From Octopus sinensis (Eukaryota): a DNA stretch of 64,000 bases. The stretch spans positions 21,204,001-21,268,000 of the forward strand of contig NC_043018.1 of assembly GCF_006345805.1 (NCBI RefSeq), in the 5' to 3' direction. Below the pieces are notes generated by a model that was not told the DNA's origin, ran no database searches, and saw only the letters and a list, made by a program, of their open reading frames with translations. Made by a program: the position numbers and the translations under genes. The first letter of the stretch is position 1, and each line of letters begins with the position of its first letter. Of the stretch, positions 48,201-64,000 are shown piece after piece.

Positions 48201-48517
48201 TTGAGATGCTCTCTGTTTCATTCAATTAATTTTAAATATAACAAAGAACTCAGTTATCATTAAACTAGTGTTGGCAACATAAATTGTGACTAAGATTTGG
48301 TGGAAGATTTTAATTCAAAACTTATGAAAGTACACATTTGTACTACAGAGCCAGAGGTGGTTTAGGCCGGGTTGGTATCAAAAGGGTTAAAACTATTTTG
48401 TTGAGAAAAAACTGAACTCACCAGACATGTTTGATTCATTTTGTAATCTTGTATACTTTCTCATTTATTCCAGATTCAGAAACAGCAAAAGACAAATTAG
48501 AAGAGACAGGAAGTTGA
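39361..48517 (+). CDS. ZNHIT6: Box C/D snoRNA protein 1 / zinc finger HIT domain protein 6, complete, 8 coding exons, 262 aa
   Basis: Exons 39361-39374, 41060-41244, 43361-43443, 44627-44730, 45543-45611, 45705-45866, 47356-47483, 48474-48517 give 789 nt, open, all GT-AG. zf-HIT CDVC...YRCPCCSKQTCSLTCVKQHK followed by BCD1-type motifs CSGVRNKTAFV, LLNDYRLLED, LKSLP..M.RRK.NTS, W.V.W.FP, DNL.GKTLLEHP.IHV. Exon 1 (MTSPS) is the least certain; an in-frame TAA lies upstream at 39334. Confidence 0.92.
41060..41244 (+). CDS. ZNHIT6: ZNHIT6 exon 2, HIT zinc finger
   Basis: ttttag| ... |gtaagt; ORF 41016..41252. Confidence 0.95.
41356..41409. repeat. (CAT)n microsatellite (RTE tail)
   Basis: ~17 perfect units. 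Confidence 0.95.
42900..43220 (-). mobile_element. RTE 3'-end dispersed repeat with (CAT)n/(ATG)n tail (representative of ~20 copies)
   Basis: Same module near 3320, 6300, 10990, 13205, 24600-25022, 25745, 34255, 41355-41810, 42230, 43660, 46195, 49630, 50430, 56050, 58375, 62105. Confidence 0.85.
43361..43443 (+). CDS. ZNHIT6: ZNHIT6 exon 3 (DYRLLEDTARVTDKCKRDPLLKHHKSRS)
   Basis: long pyrimidine tract cttcag| ... |gtaagt. Confidence 0.92.
44627..44730 (+). CDS. ZNHIT6: ZNHIT6 exon 4 (LLWLTKETHKRHIHLKSLPYNMERRKHNTSIFNF)
   Basis: ttctag| ... |gtaagt. Confidence 0.9.
44965..45163 (+). mobile_element. ~200-bp (TA)n-anchored element with hammerhead-like motif (Penelope-like pLTR candidate)
   Basis: Same element on - at ~31345-31530, ~32960-33148 and ~42010-42218, always abutting (TA)n at its GGATTAACT end. 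Confidence 0.6.
45543..45611 (+). CDS. ZNHIT6: ZNHIT6 exon 5 (SKLIQWDVSWVFPQAGVSLKEER)
   Basis: tttcag| ... |gtaagg. Confidence 0.9.
45705..45866 (+). CDS. ZNHIT6: ZNHIT6 exon 6 (MSEDLTIMEAF...LCFLMKAEMHPSKDM)
   Basis: ctttag| ... |gtaaga. Confidence 0.88.
47356..47483 (+). CDS. ZNHIT6: ZNHIT6 exon 7 (YYTLQADKTFLDNLYGKTLLEHPVIHVIF...)
   Basis: ttttag| ... |gtaagt. Confidence 0.92.
48175..48390. mobile_element. piggyBac-type MITE family B copy
   Basis: TTAACCCTTTCG ... AAAAGGGTTAA, same interior as 5311-5538. Confidence 0.8.
48474..48517 (+). CDS. ZNHIT6: ZNHIT6 exon 8 (NSETAKDKLEETGS*)
   Basis: ttccag| ... TGA, phase consistent. Confidence 0.75.
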
Positions 48518-49240
48518 AACTAGGGGCAGAGTTTATGTAAATATAAATAGTTTAGAAAATTGTATTATACAGGAAAGTTTGATGATAAAAATCAGTTTTG
48601 TTTCTGAGACTTGCAAGCTGTTTACTTCCTTTATTAAAATTTTTTCTTTTCTTTTACTTGTTTCATTCATTCATTAGACTGTGGCCATGCTGGGACACTG
48701 TCTTGAAGAATTTTTACTTCAATGAATCGACCCTAGTACTTTTTTTTTTTTTAAGCCTGGTACTTATTCTAATTCTATCGATATCTTTTGCCACACCGCT
48801 AGGTTATGGGGATGTAAATGCAAGCGGTGTTGGGGGACATACACATTTGCATACACACTTATTCTTTTACTTGTTTCAGTCATTTGACTGTGGCCATACT
48901 GGAGCACCGCCTTGAGTTGAGCAAATCGACCCCAAGACTTATTCTTTGTAAGCCCAGTACTTATCCTATAGGTCTCTTTTGCCGAACCGCTAAGTTACGG
49001 GGACGTAAACACACCAGCATCGGTTGTCAAGCAATGCTAGGGGGACAAACACAAACATATACACACATACATATATACGATGGGCTTCTTTCAGTTTCCG
49101 TCTACCAAATCCACTCACAAGGCATTGGTCGGCCCGGGGCTATAGCAGAAGACACTTGCCCAAGATGCCACGCAGTGGGACTGAACCCGGAACCATGTGG
49201 TTGGTAAGCAAGCTACTTACCACACAGCCACTCCTGCGCC

Positions 49241-49960
49241 TATTGTCAATGATTTGTTAAGAAGTATGGCAGTTTCAAGAGAAACTGCTCAGAATATGGT
49301 AGCTGCAGGGGAAATATTGCAAGTTATGGACCCCAAGCTCTTCCATGTAATCTGCTTCTCCCACCTCGTGCACAACTGTGCTCTAAAAATAAAGGCCTAT
49401 TCAGTAGTTGATTGCCAATGTCAAGAGCAAGCCAAAACAATTGGCTGTGCACCTCAGCTAATTGTGACCAGGCAGGACAGCTGGTTGGAGGCCAGCAATG
49501 ACTTTGCTAAGAACCGTGCAGAAGTTTTTAAAAAATCCTAATATCAGGACTAATCTCACCCAAATCTGTTCAAACTATCTGCAGTTGAAAGAGTTGATTT
49601 TGAAAGCTGAGTTAACAGGCTTCACCATCCACATCATCATCATCATCATCGTTTAACGTCCGTTTTCCGCGCTAGTACAGGTTGGACGGTTCGACTGGGG
49701 TCTGGGAAGCCAGGGGCTGCACCAGGCTCCAGTCTGATCTGGCAGAGTTTCTACAGCTGGATGCCCTTCCTAACGCCAACCACTCCATAATGCTTATAAA
49801 AGCCTCAAAAATATGAAAATCAATGAAGACCCATGTTACATCATGAATTACATTGATGTTTCACCCATGGAATATGCAGAATGCCAAGTGATATTAGCTA
49901 CTGTAGAAGTCAGTTTTCAATGCCAAAAAAATCCTTGTTAAAGACAGGAATTTTTTGCCT
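49241..49960 (+). pseudogene. Decayed hAT-like transposase fragment, interrupted by an RTE 3' end (~49630-49790)
   Basis: NMVAAGEILQVMDPKLFHVICFSHLVHNCA...PQLIVTRQDSWLEA, later ATVEVSF...KDRNF, resembling the hAT xVERSFS motif. Confidence 0.65.
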
Positions 49961-50944
49961 ACAAATATTTATTGTACTATAATAAATGAGTTTTTAAAAT
50001 TGTTTTGATAATACTTGTCTGTCATATTCAAAACTAGAGTGAACCCTCTAATGTTTATCATGTGACCGACCAGACCATCAGATGTTACACATTGCTGGTC
50101 ACAATGCGTTCGCATTGTTTCAGCCTTTGAATGAAGCCACCCCGCTGGCTAAGCGAGCAGGCCAACAGAAGAAAGAGTGGTGACAGAGTACAGCAGGGAT
50201 CACCACCCCCTGCCGGAGCGTCGTGGGGCTTTTTAGGTGTTTTCGCTCAATAAACACTCAACGCCCAGTCTGGGAATCGAAACCGCGATCCTGCGACAGC
50301 GAGTCCGCTGCCCTAACCACTGGGTCATTGCGCCTCCACCTAATGTTTATAGATTTGTTATTAATAATAAGGTTAAGCTGAGGTAAAAATCTATTGATAA
50401 AGATAAAGTTTAAAAATTATATAAATAATGCGGGTGGCACGTAAAAAGCACCCACTACACTCACGGAGTGGTTGGCGTTAGGAAGGGCATCCAGCCGTAG
50501 AAACACTGCCAGATCTGACTGGGCCTGACGAAGCCTTCCAGCTTCACAGACCCCAGTTGAACCGTCCAACCCATGCTAGCATGGAAAGCGGACGCTAAAT
50601 GATGATGAAGGTTAAAAATATTACTCTAATTATTACATATGAAATGTCATCAGTAACAAAATATCTCAGATGGTAATATAAATAGATGAACTCTTTCTAC
50701 TCAGAAGCAATATTCTTGATCAAGCTATACTGGGTGATAACTGAAAACCTGGTAACGACATGCCAACAGCTAATTAAAAATAGAAATGCATAAAATAAAT
50801 GTAAACATTAATTAATTAGAGATAAAAAATATGTTTATGCTCAACGATTTTATTTATTTCATAATGATAACCGACAAAAACAAGGAAACATTTTGGAAAC
50901 TTCAACTTAATAAATTCGTTTTTTTTTCTGTTCACATTTTCCTT

Positions 50945-51291
50945 TAATATATATATATATATTATTTATCTGTGTATATGTATATATTATATATATAAAT
51001 ATATATTATTTATCTGTGTATATATATATATATATTATTTATCTGTGTATATGTATATATTATACATATATATATATATATTATTTATCTGTGTATATGT
51101 ATATATAATACATATATAAATAAATTGTGTGTGTGTATGTATGTATATATATTATATATAAAATATTTATCTGTGTGTGTATATATATTTAATTTATCTG
51201 TTGTATCTATGTATGTATATATAAATTGTGTGTGTGAGTACATATTTATCTGTGTGTGCATGCATATATATATATATATAAATCATTCATC

Positions 51292-51345
<54 letters not shown>
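50945..51345. repeat. Compound (TA)n / ATTTATCTGTGT minisatellite
   Basis: Repeated ATATATTATTTATCTGTGT cores between TA runs. Confidence 0.85.
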
Positions 51346-51348
<3 letters not shown>

Positions 51349-51707
51349 ATAGTTTGGCACTTTGTACACCATTCCTTGCTTTGTGGAATTCAGTTAGTGA
51401 TTTTTTTTTCTTCTTTAAGGCAATTTCATTTTAGTTTTTTTTTTTTTTTCAAATATTTTCTTTAATTAACCATTTTGTGCAAATTGCCAACAAAATATTT
51501 TTTTTTTTGTAATTGGTTAAAAGATAACGTGGGAGTCTATATACAGTAATGATGCAAATCTTTTTATAGTTTTTTTAAAATTTTTTTTTACAAGAATATT
51601 GTCCAAACGGCACAAAATGAGCAGAATTGCCATCTTGCAAAGATTGTCTTTGAATAATAATAATATTAATTATAATAATAACAATAGTAATTCTTTGAAG
51701 TTCGTCA

Positions 51708-62671
<10,964 letters not shown>

Positions 62672-62952
62672 CTGTAACAAAAGAGGGGGGAAAAAGAAAA
62701 TTAGTGGTAGTCTATAGTCACAGAATCTTTCAAGATGACAATTTCAAAATTTTTTTTTTTTTTAAGGTTATAGATTTATTTTTCAACCACAAGATTTTGG
62801 GTTCAATTCAACCACATGACAACTTGGGTAAGTGTTTTCAGCTGTATTATTTTTTAAGGTTATTTCTACAGAAATTTTAGCCAGCATTGATTTTTTTGCA
62901 ACAATGTTGCGAAGACCTGTTGAGGCAAGTGGAATTGATATCAAATTCAATT

Positions 62953-63185
62953 AAGGTGGCGAGCTGGGAGAATCGTTAGCACACCAGGCGAAATGCTTAG
63001 CGGTATTGCGTCTGTCGTTGCATTCTGAGTTCAAATTCTGCCAAGGTCAACTTTGCCTTTCATCCTTTCGGGGTCGATAAATTAAGTACCAGTTATGCAC
63101 TGGGGTCGATGTAATCGACTTAATCCGTTTGTCTGTCCTTGTTTGTCCCCTCTATGTTTAGCCCCTTGTGGGTAATAAAGAAACA
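62953..63185 (+). mobile_element. tRNA-head SINE family GGCGGTGAGCTGGCAGAA (representative)
   Basis: A/B-box-like head (GAGTTCAAATTCC). Copies at 384-600, 3905-4130, 10253-10465, 33645-33877(-), 36097-36512(-, two in tandem), 46565-46800(-), 52600-52800, 56545-56720(-). Confidence 0.88.
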
Positions 63186-64000
63186 TATCAAATTTGATGA
63201 CAGCACTGCTCAATACCACCGATTTGCTTGTCAGTTGTTTGACCATAACCACTTGAGCATGTCCCTTAGTGGCTGACAATATGTGCATCTGTGATCATGA
63301 GCAAGAGCAGTGGGGGAGCATCAAAGCTACGTGTTGAGAGGGATTCTTTGGGGCTTGAATAAATGTAACACAAGCAAAGTCTGAAAGAAATATTAACCAT
63401 TCTTCATACTTTCTAGGGGGTCAGCAAATAGAAAATAACAGTTGCTCCCAAAGGACAAAAATCGTGTTACACAATGTTGTTAGACATTGCTAAAAAATGT
63501 AACCGAAACAAACCTAAAAACTCAATTTGGGTGACAACTGTTCTGATAACCAATTCATTCAATCTGTTCTTTATTCTTTTACTTGTTTCAGTGATTTTTT
63601 TTATTGTGGCCATGCTGGAGCACTGCCTTGAAGGATTTTAGTCAAACAAATCGACCCCAGGACTTATTTGTTAAAGCCTAGTAATTATATTCTATTAGTC
63701 TCTTGTCAAACTGCTAAGTTATAGGGATGTAAACACACCAACAGCAGTTGTCAAGTGATAATGGGGAGGTTGGTCTTTCCATTTCTTATGCACTCCAGGT
63801 AAGCAAACGTTTCTTTATATATATCTGTCATACAGATATATACATGTATACACATAGATATATACATGTATAATAGGCATGTATGTGTATACATGTATAT
63901 ATACAGATATATACATGTATACACATACAGATATATACATGTATAATAGGCTTCTTTCAGTTTCCGTCTACTAAATCCACTCACAAGGCTTTGATCAGCC

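Noticed and set aside
62672-64000. Further ABCC exon near the window end
   Set aside because: Only SINEs and simple repeats are seen; the preceding transmembrane exon must lie beyond the window.

Overview
Eukaryotic, AT-rich, intron-rich genomic DNA with dense repeats. The repeat families (tRNA-head SINEs, RTE 3' ends with (ATG)n tails, TTAA-CCCTT MITEs) suggest an octopus or other coleoid cephalopod; this is inference from pattern recognition, not a database search. Three spliced genes were reconstructed by hand, all GT-AG with consistent exon phases. (1) The last 20 coding exons of UBR4/p600 on + (866-27050, 793 aa to the stop). (2) A complete 8-exon ZNHIT6/BCD1 box C/D snoRNP assembly factor on + (39361-48517, 262 aa). 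(3) The last 8 coding exons of an ABCC/MRP1-like transporter on - (62671-51708, 402 aa), convergent with ZNHIT6. A UBR4 intron carries a ~5.3-kb array of ~32 x 165-bp units that starts inside a piggyBac-type MITE and ends ~40 nt before the next acceptor. The intergenic 27.8-39.2 kb block is a layered set of transposon remnants (CR1, RTE, mariner, Tc1/maT, Helitron, hAT, foldback) with a near-perfect 1.62-kb tandem duplication. The most intriguing signal is a ~200-bp (TA)n-anchored element, present in 4 copies, with a minimal hammerhead-ribozyme-like motif of the Penelope type; one copy is sense within a ZNHIT6 intron. Most ORFs in the supplied track are spurious (microsatellites, SINEs).
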